A stretch of DNA of 64,000 nucleotides from Anaerolineae bacterium (GTDB lineage: Bacteria; Chloroflexota; Anaerolineae; VGOG01), in the NCBI GenBank assembly GCA_034431315.1, contig DAOUDK010000119.1, positions 28,873 through 92,872 on the forward strand, given 5' to 3'. The notes beneath the pieces are model-generated. The model made no database searches. It saw only the letters and a program-made list of their open reading frames with translations, and was not told the DNA's origin. Numbering within the stretch: the stretch's first letter is position 1; the number at the start of each line of letters is the position of its first letter. Position numbers and translations under genes: made by a program. This document shows, one piece after another, positions 53,794 to 63,476 of the stretch.

Positions 53794-54915
53794 ATGATGA
53801 AACTCGAAGAGCTCAGACAAGAGTTCCCTCTGACGGAGGAACTCGCCTATCTAGACCATGCGGCTACCTCACCCCTGCCTGGCCGGACGCGGGCGGCTAT
53901 GACCAGCTTCGTAGAGGCGCGCCGTTTCGTTCGCCGAGCCTGGGAGGAGTATGAAACGTTGGACCAGGATTTGCGCCAGTCCCTGGGCCAACTGATCAAC
54001 GCCTCCCCCGAAGAGATCGCCCTGGTGCAGAACACAGCGGAGGGCATCAACATCGCCGCCCACGCCATCCCCTTCCAGCCCGGCGACAACGTGGTCTTTT
54101 GCGACATGGAGTATCCGGCCAACGTCTACCCCTGGCTGAATCTGGAGCGACGCGGAGTGGAGGCCCGCATCGTCCCCCACCGCGAGGGAGGGCTGGCTTT
54201 GGATGACCTCGAAGAATACCTTGACCAGCGGACCAGGGTGGTGGCAGCAAGCTCGGTGGAGTTTATTACCGGCTTCCGAAACGACCTCCAGAGCATCGGG
54301 GAGCTATGCAAAGCCAGGGGCATCTACTTCGTGGTGGACGGCATTCAGTCCCTGGGGGCGATCCCGCTCGACGTGAGGGAATGTCACATTGACATGCTCT
54401 CTTGCGGCGGCCCCAAGTGGCTGCTGGGGCCTTGCGGCCAGGGCTTCCTCTTCTGCCGTCGGGAGATACTCGAAGAGATGAAGCCGGCTTATGCCGGTGC
54501 CACGAGTGTGGTGGACTTTCTGAACTTTCGCGATTACGACCTCACCTTCCTGCCCGACGCCAAGCGCTTCGAGTTGGGGACACCGAACCTGGTGGGCATA
54601 GTGGGGCTGTTGGCTTCTGTTAACCTGCTACAGGAAGTGGGCATTGAAGAGATCCGGCGCTGGACGCTGCACCTCACCGATGTCCTCATTGACGACCTGC
54701 AAGAGCGGGGCTACCAGATCGCCAGTTGCCTGCGACCCAAGCACCGCTCGGCCATCGTCTCTTTCCCCACACCCGACGTCGAGGCCGACTACGAAAAACT
54801 CATCGCCCACAAGATCATCGTCTCCCTGCGCGAGAACTACATCCGCGTCTCCCCCCACTGCTACAATACCGAGGAGGAAGTGCTGCGGGTGGGCCAGGTT
54901 CTTGATGGAATTTAG
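53794..54915 (+). CDS. Class V aminotransferase (cysteine desulfurase/SufS-like)
   Basis: Start at ATGATG after AGGAAAGG; AYLDHAATSPLP N-terminus typical of class V PLP enzymes. Confidence 0.65.
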   Translation: MMKLEELRQEFPLTEELAYLDHAATSPLPGRTRAAMTSFVEARRFVRRAWEEYETLDQDLRQSLGQLINASPEEIALVQNTAEGINIAAHAIPFQPGDNVVFCDMEYPANVYPWLNLERRGVEARIVPHREGGLALDDLEEYLDQRTRVVAASSVEFITGFRNDLQSIGELCKARGIYFVVDGIQSLGAIPLDVRECHIDMLSCGGPKWLLGPCGQGFLFCRREILEEMKPAYAGATSVVDFLNFRDYDLTFLPDAKRFELGTPNLVGIVGLLASVNLLQEVGIEEIRRWTLHLTDVLIDDLQERGYQIASCLRPKHRSAIVSFPTPDVEADYEKLIAHKIIVSLRENYIRVSPHCYNTEEEVLRVGQVLDGI

Positions 54916-55011
54916 AAACCAGGTTTTTGACTCAAAAGATGTGAGTTCTCGCATCGTGGAGAGTTCTAAAAGCGGCGGTCTGTCCATTCAATTGAGGAAA
55001 AACCTGGTTTC
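54915..55011. repeat. Intergenic palindromic element carrying GAAACCAGGTTTTT ... AAAAACCTGGTTTC module (shared with MITE copy 1 interior)
   Basis: Direct reading. Confidence 0.55.
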
Positions 55012-55031
55012 TTAAAAAGGAGTTGTTACCA

Positions 55032-55928
55032 ATGGGCAAGAGCAAACTAGATGATCTCTACCAGGATAGGGTGTTGAACTTCGCCCACCGGGGGGCCAGC
55101 CACGACGCTCCGCAGAACACTCTGGCCGCCTTTCGCCTGGCCGTGGAGATGGGAGCCGATGGCGTGGAGTTGGACGTGCAGGTTTCCAAGGACGGCGAGG
55201 CCGTGGTCATCCACAACTTCACGGTAGACGCCACCACCGACGGCCAGGGGCGAGTCGCAGACAAGACCCTGGCCGAGCTGAAGGAGCTGGATGCCGGGTC
55301 TTGGTTCGATGCCAGGTTCACCAGCCAGCGCATCCCCACCCTGCAGGAGGTCATCGTCGAGGTCGGCCACCAACTGCTCCTGAACATCGAATTGAAGACC
55401 AGGGTGTTTGGCAGCGCTAGCCTGACAGCCGAGGTGGTGCGGCTCATCGAGGATCACAACCTCACCCATCGGACCATAGTTTCCTCGTTCAACCCCTTCG
55501 CCCTGCGTCGGGTCAAGAGGCTCAACCCTCGCATCAACACTGGCCTCATCTATTCCTTCGACCTGCCGGCTCACCTGGCTCGGAGCGTGCTTTTGTCCCT
55601 GGCTGGCTCCGGCGCCCTGCACCCAGAGAAGCACCTGATCAATCAGAAATACATGGCTTGGGCAAAAGAACGAGGCTATCGCGTGAACGCCTGGACGGTG
55701 GACGAACCCGCCGAGATGAAGCGCCTCATCGCCCTGGGCGTGGACGGCATCATCACCAACCGTCCCGACGTGCTGAGAGAGGTGTTAGATGAGGAGAGAG
55801 TAGAATGTCCCACCTGCGAAACGAAATCTTCGAGCAGCCGGAGGTGCTGGAGAGGTTCATCGTCGGCCAATGGGAAACGGCAGTGGCCATCGCTCAGGCC
55901 ATTCAGAGAAGCGAAGTGGAGTTCGTGA
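55032..55928 (+). CDS. Glycerophosphodiester phosphodiesterase
   Basis: FAHRGAS...ELDV...GxWF...E.K GDPD motifs; C-terminal ~45 aa extension overlaps next gene. Confidence 0.7.
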   Translation: MGKSKLDDLYQDRVLNFAHRGASHDAPQNTLAAFRLAVEMGADGVELDVQVSKDGEAVVIHNFTVDATTDGQGRVADKTLAELKELDAGSWFDARFTSQRIPTLQEVIVEVGHQLLLNIELKTRVFGSASLTAEVVRLIEDHNLTHRTIVSSFNPFALRRVKRLNPRINTGLIYSFDLPAHLARSVLLSLAGSGALHPEKHLINQKYMAWAKERGYRVNAWTVDEPAEMKRLIALGVDGIITNRPDVLREVLDEERVECPTCETKSSSSRRCWRGSSSANGKRQWPSLRPFREAKWSS

Positions 55929-56842
55929 TCATCGCCGCTCGCGGCACCTCGGACAACGCAGCCACCTACGGCAAATACATCCTGGCGCAGGCCAACGGTC
56001 TGCCCGTCGCCCTGGCTACGCCCTCCCTGTTCACTATTTACCAGGCTCCGCCACGGCTGACCAGGGCCTTGGTGATGGGAATCTCCCAATCGGGGGAATC
56101 AACGGACATCGTCGAGGTGGTGGCCGAGGGACGGCGCCAGGGAGCTTTGACCCTGGCTATCACCAACCAGGCCCACTCACCTCTGACCCAGGCAGCAGAG
56201 CACGTCCTCCTCTGCCAGGCCGGGCGGGAGCGAAGCATCGCCGCCACCAAGACCTACACGGCCCAGTTGGCCGCCCTGGCCCTGCTCTCGGTAGCCCTCG
56301 ATGGAGATGGGGAACGGCTGGCAGCTCTGAGGAAGCTGCCCACGGCGGTGGAGAGGACACTGGCTTTGGAGGAGAGAGTGCAAAGAGCCGTGGAGCGCTA
56401 TCGTTACATGGAATCGTGCGTGGTCATCGGGCGGGGCTACAACTACGCCACGGCCTACGAGATCGCCCTCAAGCTCAAGGAGCTGACCTACATCATGGCC
56501 GAGCCGTATTCGCCGGCCGACTTCCTGCACGGCCCCATCGCCATGGTCGAGGGGGGCTTCCCAGCCATCGTGGTAGCCCCTGATGGAACGATCTTCGAGA
56601 ACGTGCGCACCTTCACCGAGGAGCTGCAAGGGCGAGGAGCAGAACTGGTGGTCGTCTCCGACCGCGACGAAGTCCTCTCCCTGGCCACCACGCCATTGCC
56701 CCTCCCCGTTTCCGTTCCTGAGTGGCTCTCGCCCATCACCAGCGTAGTGCCTGGCCAGCTCTTCGCCCTCTACCTCACCCTGGCCAAGGGATACGACCCC
56801 GATCATCCCAGGGGTCTGAAAAAGGTGACAAGAACAAGCTGA
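55805..56842 (+). CDS. Two-SIS-domain sugar-phosphate isomerase/deaminase (GlmS C-terminal / AgaS / NagB-II like)
   Basis: 345 aa; SIS motifs IIAARGTSDNAA, GISQSGES. Confidence 0.65.
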   Translation: MSHLRNEIFEQPEVLERFIVGQWETAVAIAQAIQRSEVEFVIIAARGTSDNAATYGKYILAQANGLPVALATPSLFTIYQAPPRLTRALVMGISQSGESTDIVEVVAEGRRQGALTLAITNQAHSPLTQAAEHVLLCQAGRERSIAATKTYTAQLAALALLSVALDGDGERLAALRKLPTAVERTLALEERVQRAVERYRYMESCVVIGRGYNYATAYEIALKLKELTYIMAEPYSPADFLHGPIAMVEGGFPAIVVAPDGTIFENVRTFTEELQGRGAELVVVSDRDEVLSLATTPLPLPVSVPEWLSPITSVVPGQLFALYLTLAKGYDPDHPRGLKKVTRTS

Positions 56843-56895
56843 ACCCATTCAGCTACCCTCCCGAAAGTCTTAACCCTGAAAAGAGGCAGACAACT

Positions 56896-59136
56896 ATGAA
56901 CGAGACCGGTTGGACTATCATCGAAACTGAATTTGACCCCGCTCGTCTGCACCACCAGGAGACGGTGTTCACCCTGGGCAACGGCTACCTGGGAACGCGA
57001 GGGGCTTTAGAGGAGGGGTATCCTGGCACCAGACCGGCCACGCTGATCCACGGCGTCTTCGACGATATCCCCATCGTGCATACCGAACTGGCCAACGCGC
57101 CCGACTGGCTACCCTTTGTCCTCCTCGTGAACGGCGAGCGCTTTGGCCTGGATCGCGGAGATGTACTGGCCTACGAGCGGACGCTGGATTTGCGTCGCGG
57201 CCTGTTGACTCGCAAGGTGCGATGGCGCAGCCCGGCTGGGCGCACTGTGGACATCCACATCGAGCGCTTCGCCAGCCTGGCCGACCCGCACGTGCTGGCC
57301 ATCCGCTACCAGGTGACGCCTTTGGATTTCGATGGTCGGATCGAGTTTCGGGCCGGAATCAACGGCCATGTGGATAACGACGGTCTGGTGCACTGGGATT
57401 GGGTGGATCAAGGGAACGAGGCGGGTCTGGTCTGGCTGCACAGCCTCACGCGACACTCAGGCCTTGAGCTGGGCCAGGCAGCGGGGCTGTTGATCCGTGG
57501 CAGCTCTAGGGTGCGAAAGCAGGTAATGGATTGCCACAACAACCCCACCATCGTGGCCAACTGTCAGGTTAAGCAAGGCTGCGCGATTACGGCCGAAAAA
57601 CTGGTCACGGTCTTCACCTCACGGGATCTGGAGCCGGAACGCCAGGTCGTTGACGCAGCTTTGAACAAATGGGGGGGATTCTCTGAGACCCGGTCGCATT
57701 ATGAAGAGCTCCGCGCCGCGCACGAGACGGCCTGGGCCGAGGTGTGGGACGCCTCAGACGTCATCATCGAGGGAGATGATGCCACGCAGCAAGCCGTGCG
57801 CTACAACCTCTTCCAGCTTATCATCGCGGCGCCCCGCCACGACGACCGGGTCAGCATCCCGGCCAAGACGCTCTCCGGCTTTGGCTACCGGGGCCACGTT
57901 TTCTGGGACACCGAAATCTTCATCGTCCCCTTCTTTACGCACACGCAGCCGGAGATTGCCCGCAACCTGCTGATGTACCGTTACCACACGCTGCCCGGCG
58001 CACGAAGGAAAGCGAAGGAGAACGGCTACGAAGGCGCACAGTACGCCTGGGAGAGCGCGGCCACTGGCGACGAGACGACACCCCGTTGGGTGCCTGGCCC
58101 TGCCGGGGAATTGATTCGCATCTGGACCGGCGATATTCAGATTCACATCAGCGCTGACATAGCTTACGCTGTCTGGCATTACTGGCAGGTCACGGGCGAC
58201 AACGAGTTCATGCGCGACTATGGTACGGAGATCATCCTCGACACCGCCGCCTTCTGGGGCAGCCGCGCAGAATACAACGCCGAGTGGGATCGCTACGAGT
58301 TCAACGACGTCATTGGCCCCGACGAAAACCACGAACACGTGAATAACAACGTCTTCACCAACCGCATGGTGCAATGGCATCTGGAGACGGCGCTGGAGAC
58401 GCTGGCCTGGCTGCGGCGCGAACATTCCAGCCAAGCGGCCGAGCTGGAGGAGCGGCTGGCTCTGAGCCCAGAGCGGCTGGCTCATTGGGCCGACGTCATC
58501 GGCCGCTTGCACATCTTGCACGACCCGGAGACGGGGCTGATGGAGCAGTTCGAGGGGTTTTTCGAGTTGGAAGACATTGACTGGCAGGCTTTGGAGCCTA
58601 GAAGGCGGTCTGTCCAGTCACTATTGGGGATCGAACGTACCAATCAGGTGCAGGCGCTCAAGCAGGGGGATGCATTGATGCTCCTGTACCTGCTGGGCGA
58701 CCGCTACGACCTGGAGACCAAACGGGTCAACTGGGACTACTACAGCCCGCGCACCGACCACACCTATGGCTCATCGCTCGGCCCGGCCATCCAGGCCATC
58801 CTGGCCTGCGAGCTGGGCATGCCTGAAGTAGCCTACGAGCATTTCATGCGCGCCGCGCTGGTGGACCTGGATGACGTGCGGGGGAACGCCGCCGAAGGCA
58901 TTCACGCCGCCTCCGCCGGCGGACTGTGGCAGGCGGTCATCTTTGGCTTTGGCGGCCTCCGCCTCACCGACGCCGGCCCGGTCGCCAACCCGCGCCTGCC
59001 CTCCCACTGGACCCGCCTCCAATTCCGCATCCAGCACAAAGGCCAATGGTACGATTTTGACTTGCGGCAAGAATCAGCAAAGGGCTTTGCTACCGAACAC
59101 TTTTCCAGTAAGTCGGTTTTGCCAATCGCTACCTGA
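56896..59136 (+). CDS. GH65-family glycoside phosphorylase (maltose/trehalose/kojibiose phosphorylase-like)
   Basis: 747 aa from ATG 56896; N-terminal beta-sandwich, (alpha/alpha)6 catalytic domain with conserved acid E and Ser-x-Ser phosphate site context. Confidence 0.7.
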   Translation: MNETGWTIIETEFDPARLHHQETVFTLGNGYLGTRGALEEGYPGTRPATLIHGVFDDIPIVHTELANAPDWLPFVLLVNGERFGLDRGDVLAYERTLDLRRGLLTRKVRWRSPAGRTVDIHIERFASLADPHVLAIRYQVTPLDFDGRIEFRAGINGHVDNDGLVHWDWVDQGNEAGLVWLHSLTRHSGLELGQAAGLLIRGSSRVRKQVMDCHNNPTIVANCQVKQGCAITAEKLVTVFTSRDLEPERQVVDAALNKWGGFSETRSHYEELRAAHETAWAEVWDASDVIIEGDDATQQAVRYNLFQLIIAAPRHDDRVSIPAKTLSGFGYRGHVFWDTEIFIVPFFTHTQPEIARNLLMYRYHTLPGARRKAKENGYEGAQYAWESAATGDETTPRWVPGPAGELIRIWTGDIQIHISADIAYAVWHYWQVTGDNEFMRDYGTEIILDTAAFWGSRAEYNAEWDRYEFNDVIGPDENHEHVNNNVFTNRMVQWHLETALETLAWLRREHSSQAAELEERLALSPERLAHWADVIGRLHILHDPETGLMEQFEGFFELEDIDWQALEPRRRSVQSLLGIERTNQVQALKQGDALMLLYLLGDRYDLETKRVNWDYYSPRTDHTYGSSLGPAIQAILACELGMPEVAYEHFMRAALVDLDDVRGNAAEGIHAASAGGLWQAVIFGFGGLRLTDAGPVANPRLPSHWTRLQFRIQHKGQWYDFDLRQESAKGFATEHFSSKSVLPIAT

Positions 59137-59272
59137 GTTTTTCGCCACAAATTGCACGAACTCGGAAGTGGATACGGCTTTCACTAATTCTTGTCCCCCC
59201 CTGAAGTTGGGCGAGACGTTTGTAACAAGTGAATAGCTCAGGGCAATCGCGTCGCAATTCAAAAGGGGCAAA

Positions 59273-60436
59273 ATGACGGTGTCTACCACTCGTTCACAAC
59301 TCCTCAGCTTCCGAGCCCGCCGACAGTATCTCACTCCTGACGCTCGCGGTCGCACGCCTGAAGATGTCTTTGCCATCCTGAGGGCGCTTCAGCCATTTCC
59401 ACCGATTGCCGGCGCGATGCCTGGGTCAGCCCCCCACCCGCGCAGCCGGGTCGTGGGATACCAGGATGAATGGTCTCAGCGATGGCGGGCTGGTGGCCGG
59501 CTGGTCAAGGGTCGTTTCATGAAGGGCAATGTTGCCTATGTCACTGACGCTGATCTCACTCTCTACGCCGCTGCTTTCCGTCGTCCGCTGCGTCGTCCCA
59601 TTCCGCGGCCCGCACGCCGCATCCTGGATCTGTTGGAGCAACATGGCCCGATGCCCAAATACATGCTGAGGGAGATGACAGGTATCGAACGCGGCCGTTT
59701 TGATCGCGCGCTGCTCTCCCTGAATCGGGCTTTCGAGGTGATGGAAATCCAGCGCGAAGTGGATTGGGACAGTCCGTGGGATCTTCTTTGGCGCGCTTTT
59801 CCCAACGCTGACCCTGATGCCTGGGAGCAGACTGATGCGCGGGATGAAGTGCTGCGTCGTTTCACAAGGGCCTTCGGCCCGGCCACCGTCGTCGAGATAT
59901 CTGATTGGTCGGGTTGGAACCAGCGGACGATCACCAAACTGGTTGATCGTCTGGTTGCACATCACACTTTCGTCCGTGTCGGGATCGAGGGAGAGACTGA
60001 AGAGGCATATCTTGCTAGCGAAGACGCTGAGGAACTACAGGCATGTGTACCGGTCAACAGGTTCATCGTCGTTCTGCCGACCAACGATCCCTTTGTGATG
60101 CCGCAGTGGTCGCACCTGAATCTGCAGTACCGGCCTTATCCTCTGCCCTACTGCTACGGTGTGATCGTGGTGGACGGTGAGATTGCTGGCGCCGCCTGGG
60201 GGCACTACAAACGACGTTACATTCATATCGAGGAGCTAAGCCTGGCGCCAGCCATCGTCCACGACCCACCACGGATGGACGAGGTGCTGGCAACACTCGA
60301 ATCCCAGGTGGGCGCTGGTCAGGCGCCGATCCACATCTACGGCATCAACGAAGTCGCCGAAGCACCTTGGATCGGCGAAATTTTGACGCGCAATGGCTTC
60401 GTGTGGCAAGCTGGATACTACGTCAAAGAGAGATAA
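59273..60436 (+). CDS. Winged-helix protein, possibly YcaQ/AlkZ-like (HTH_42) DNA glycosylase family
   Basis: 387 aa; weak motif-level resemblance only. Confidence 0.3.
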   Translation: MTVSTTRSQLLSFRARRQYLTPDARGRTPEDVFAILRALQPFPPIAGAMPGSAPHPRSRVVGYQDEWSQRWRAGGRLVKGRFMKGNVAYVTDADLTLYAAAFRRPLRRPIPRPARRILDLLEQHGPMPKYMLREMTGIERGRFDRALLSLNRAFEVMEIQREVDWDSPWDLLWRAFPNADPDAWEQTDARDEVLRRFTRAFGPATVVEISDWSGWNQRTITKLVDRLVAHHTFVRVGIEGETEEAYLASEDAEELQACVPVNRFIVVLPTNDPFVMPQWSHLNLQYRPYPLPYCYGVIVVDGEIAGAAWGHYKRRYIHIEELSLAPAIVHDPPRMDEVLATLESQVGAGQAPIHIYGINEVAEAPWIGEILTRNGFVWQAGYYVKER

Positions 60437-60540
60437 ACGCCCAGAGACATTGTCGAGCGTTTCCAGGGCAACTCCATCCTCACAGCAGTTTGTTATCCAT
60501 GCCGAATGAGGCGTGGTAAACACTTGCTGCCTCCAGCCCC

Positions 60541-60576
60541 AAAACTCCCCGGTTGGCCGTTGCGCCGGGGAGTTTT
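60541..60576. terminator. Hairpin AAAACTCCCCGG..CCGGGGAGTTTT (terminator/attenuator) upstream of lipoprotein gene
   Basis: Direct reading; near-identical copy at 62917-62952. Confidence 0.6.
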
Positions 60577-60729
60577 CTGTGTTATACTGTGGGCGGAACT
60601 TTTTCAGCCTTCGATGCGTCTAAAACACGGAAAGGCCAAACCGAGGACCACCAAGAACAAAAATCGGGAGGCGAGAACTGGAAAATTGCATCGGTCAACA
60701 GCTTCGCCAACTATGAGGAGGTAACAGCA

Positions 60730-62889
60730 ATGAAACACACAAGAACACTTGGATTACTCGTACTGTTGATGGGGTTCACTCTGTCAGTTGTGGGGTGCGC
60801 CGTATCAGAGAAAACACCTGAGAATGAGCCAACGCCTATGCCTGCGCCGATGGTGGTGGTCACAAGAATGACCGCGCTGCGCACTGAGCCACTGACGATG
60901 GTTGACAGCTGCCTGCGCATTGGCGATAGCGAGGCCAGCAATCTAGTCGTGTGGCCGCCCGACTTTGAGGTCAGCATCGAGAATGACACCATCTGGGTTC
61001 TTTACGACGACCATGAAGTTGAGGTGCAGCTTGGACAGGTGGTCCGCCTCGGCGGCGGTGAAGTCAAGTCGCTCGAGGCCTTTGACGAGCGCACTCGGCA
61101 GGGAGTCCCTGCTGACTGCCCGGGCCCCTATTGGCTGGTCGGCAGCATCAGTCCAGGCGAGGAGACCGAACGGCCTGAAGCTCCAGCAGACCTTGACGGC
61201 GCCGAGTGGGTGCTCACCTCGCTGAACGGCGAGAGCCTCATAGAGGACACTGAAATCACGCTGTACTTTGAAGAAGCGCTTCTCGGCGGGTCTATGACCT
61301 GCAACGGCTACGGCGGCGGACGCGATAGCGGCAAATACATCGCCACAGACGATGGTAGCCTGACGATCCCCATGATCGCTGTGACCTTGCAGCTCTGTTC
61401 GGAGCCCAAGGGCCTCATGGAGCAGGAGGCGGCCTACATTGAGGCTCTCCAAGACGCCGCTTCCTACCGGGTGACGGGTGACCGCCTGGAGATCGCCAAT
61501 GCTGCTGGCGAAACAACTCTCGTTTTCGCCAGGGAAGCGGACGCAGCCGTGCAGGCCCCCGACGACATCCGGGCCGCCCGCGACTCGGCCCTGGCTTACG
61601 TCAGCAAACACCACGGCGAGCAGGCCCCTCCACCAGGCCTCACCTGGACGGCGGAAGACGCAACACCAGAAGGGCTAATCGGCGGGGTAACCTACCAGTT
61701 CAGGGCCGAGGACTGGGTAGTCGCGATAGGTCATGCAGTGGTACCGCCCGAAATGCGGGTGTATCAGGTCTCGGTGAGCAACCCAACTACCGGGTTCTGG
61801 TGGGAGGGCCGGATAGATGCAGAGGAGTTCGCGACGGAGGGGACTGAGATCGTGCTGACCGCCCGCGACGCAGGCCTGAGCTACATCAGTGAACACTACG
61901 GCGAGCAAGCTCCCCCGTCAGACCTCGCCTGGGAGGGGGGGCGCGCTACACCAGAAGGGCTGGTCGGCGGTGAGACCTTCCAGTACACCGCCGACGACTG
62001 GGTGGTCACGATCACCTATCCGGTAGTGGCCCCAGAAAACGTCGTCTACCACATCGTTGTGGCCAACCCCAGCACGGGCTTCCAGTGGGAGGGAGAGCTA
62101 GACGCGGAGCGATACCTGACCGAGACGGCCGCCCCAGAAGCCAGCGTCCCGCAGGTCATGCTCGATAGAATCGGCGCTCGTGACGCCGCGCTGAGCTACA
62201 TCTTTGAACAGTACCAGTACCCGCCCGTGGAATCGCTGGCCTGGGAAGAGGAGCTAGTCACGTCTGAGGGACTGGTAGGCGCGGAGACATATCGGTACAC
62301 GGCGTTCGATTGGGTCGCGGAAATCTCCTACAACGTTGTGGCTCCGGCGGCGATGATCTACCAGGTGAAGGTGACAAATCCCACCCTCGGTCTCAACTGG
62401 CAGGGAGAGGTGGACGCAGTGGGGCAGGTGACGGAAACGGGTGGTGTCCCAACCGGGGGCGACTTCCAACCGTTGAGCCCCGCCGCGTGCAGCGATCTGG
62501 CCAACGCGATGGCGCAGACGCTGGGCGTCGAGGTGGCAATGATGGCGGAAACGCCTTTCCAGGACTACATCAGTCGGGAGACAGGCTCGGGTTGCCAGGC
62601 GACGGCCACCGGCACCGGCCTGGATTTCGAGGATTTCTGGTCTGTCGCCGAGGATCTGAAGGAAATGCTCAATGCCCAGGGATGGCAAGAAGACATCAGT
62701 TACATGGCCGGTGGCCCCACCGGTGCCGGCAGCGGTTTCCGCAAGGACAACGGCTTGTGCCTATTGCTGGCGGGTTGGGAGCCGTCAGAGGACGCCGATT
62801 GCCCCACCGACAAGCCGATTGGGCTGTGCGAGCTGTCGACTGAGCAGCAGTTGTACACCATCACGCTCAACTGCGCTCAGGATTCATAA
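60730..62889 (+). CDS. Lipoprotein with META (HslJ-like) domain followed by four ~93-aa tandem repeats and Cys-rich C-terminus
   Basis: Start ATG 60730 after GAGGAGG; lipobox LSVVGC; repeats RDAALSY.SEHYGEQAPP..LAWE...ATPEGLVGG.T.QY.A.DWVV.I.YPVVAPE...Y.V.V.NP.TGF.WEG..DAE. Confidence 0.5.
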   Translation: MKHTRTLGLLVLLMGFTLSVVGCAVSEKTPENEPTPMPAPMVVVTRMTALRTEPLTMVDSCLRIGDSEASNLVVWPPDFEVSIENDTIWVLYDDHEVEVQLGQVVRLGGGEVKSLEAFDERTRQGVPADCPGPYWLVGSISPGEETERPEAPADLDGAEWVLTSLNGESLIEDTEITLYFEEALLGGSMTCNGYGGGRDSGKYIATDDGSLTIPMIAVTLQLCSEPKGLMEQEAAYIEALQDAASYRVTGDRLEIANAAGETTLVFAREADAAVQAPDDIRAARDSALAYVSKHHGEQAPPPGLTWTAEDATPEGLIGGVTYQFRAEDWVVAIGHAVVPPEMRVYQVSVSNPTTGFWWEGRIDAEEFATEGTEIVLTARDAGLSYISEHYGEQAPPSDLAWEGGRATPEGLVGGETFQYTADDWVVTITYPVVAPENVVYHIVVANPSTGFQWEGELDAERYLTETAAPEASVPQVMLDRIGARDAALSYIFEQYQYPPVESLAWEEELVTSEGLVGAETYRYTAFDWVAEISYNVVAPAAMIYQVKVTNPTLGLNWQGEVDAVGQVTETGGVPTGGDFQPLSPAACSDLANAMAQTLGVEVAMMAETPFQDYISRETGSGCQATATGTGLDFEDFWSVAEDLKEMLNAQGWQEDISYMAGGPTGAGSGFRKDNGLCLLLAGWEPSEDADCPTDKPIGLCELSTEQQLYTITLNCAQDS

Positions 62890-62916
62890 GTCTTCACTGC
62901 GAAGAAGACACCCCTC

Positions 62917-62952
62917 AAAACTCCCTGGCTGGCCACTGCGCCGGGGAGTTTC
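62917..62952. terminator. Hairpin AAAACTCCCTGG..CCGGGGAGTTT downstream of lipoprotein gene
   Basis: Direct reading. Confidence 0.6.
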
Positions 62953-63129
62953 TTCGTGTGTATGCACTCAGGCAAGTTGCCGTGTTGCAAGAGTGGACAA
63001 AACGTGATAAGATTATGTCATCGGCCCGACTGGCCCCGAAGCTCTGGGGTCGTGTTTTCGGCGCATGATTTTCAAAAGGGTGAAAGAGAGAAAGCCACCT
63101 GCGTTAACCGCACGGTGGCTTTTTCGCTA

Positions 63130-63158
63130 TTGCCAAACGAGCTGAAATATGATATAAT
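63130..63158 (+). promoter_or_regulatory. Sigma70-like promoter TTGCCA-17-TATAAT preceding a ~310-nt leader
   Basis: aTTGCCAaacgagctgaaatatgaTATAATacc. Confidence 0.5.
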
Positions 63159-63476
63159 ACCTAGTAATCCCCCAGAAAAGGGGTGAAGAGTGGCAGCTCT
63201 AGTAATCATAGAATGTTAGCCTGAATTCGCCCGCCCCTTTTGAGAGGAGGTCGAAAATGCGCAAGGGTTGAAGATCATGTTTCTTATCCACGCAACTGTG
63301 GCCCTTGTCTCCGGCATCGAGATGTATCTTACCTAGGGACGTGGGCCACACAGGTCGACTCCGTGCCTTTCGATTGATGATCCTCAATGCTTACCGTTAG
63401 GTCCCTCCCTTCACTTCGCCGGACGGGATGCGGACCTTAATCCCTGATTTTTATCGGGGGAAAGGAGATCAGAAAA

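Noticed and set aside
62956-63126. Possible small ORF or sRNA between the lipoprotein terminator and the 63130 promoter (MSSARLAPKLWGRVFGA) with a GCCACC..GGTGGC + T-run hairpin at ~63094-63126
   Set aside because: There is no RBS, and a single hairpin could simply be a second terminator. Evidence is insufficient.
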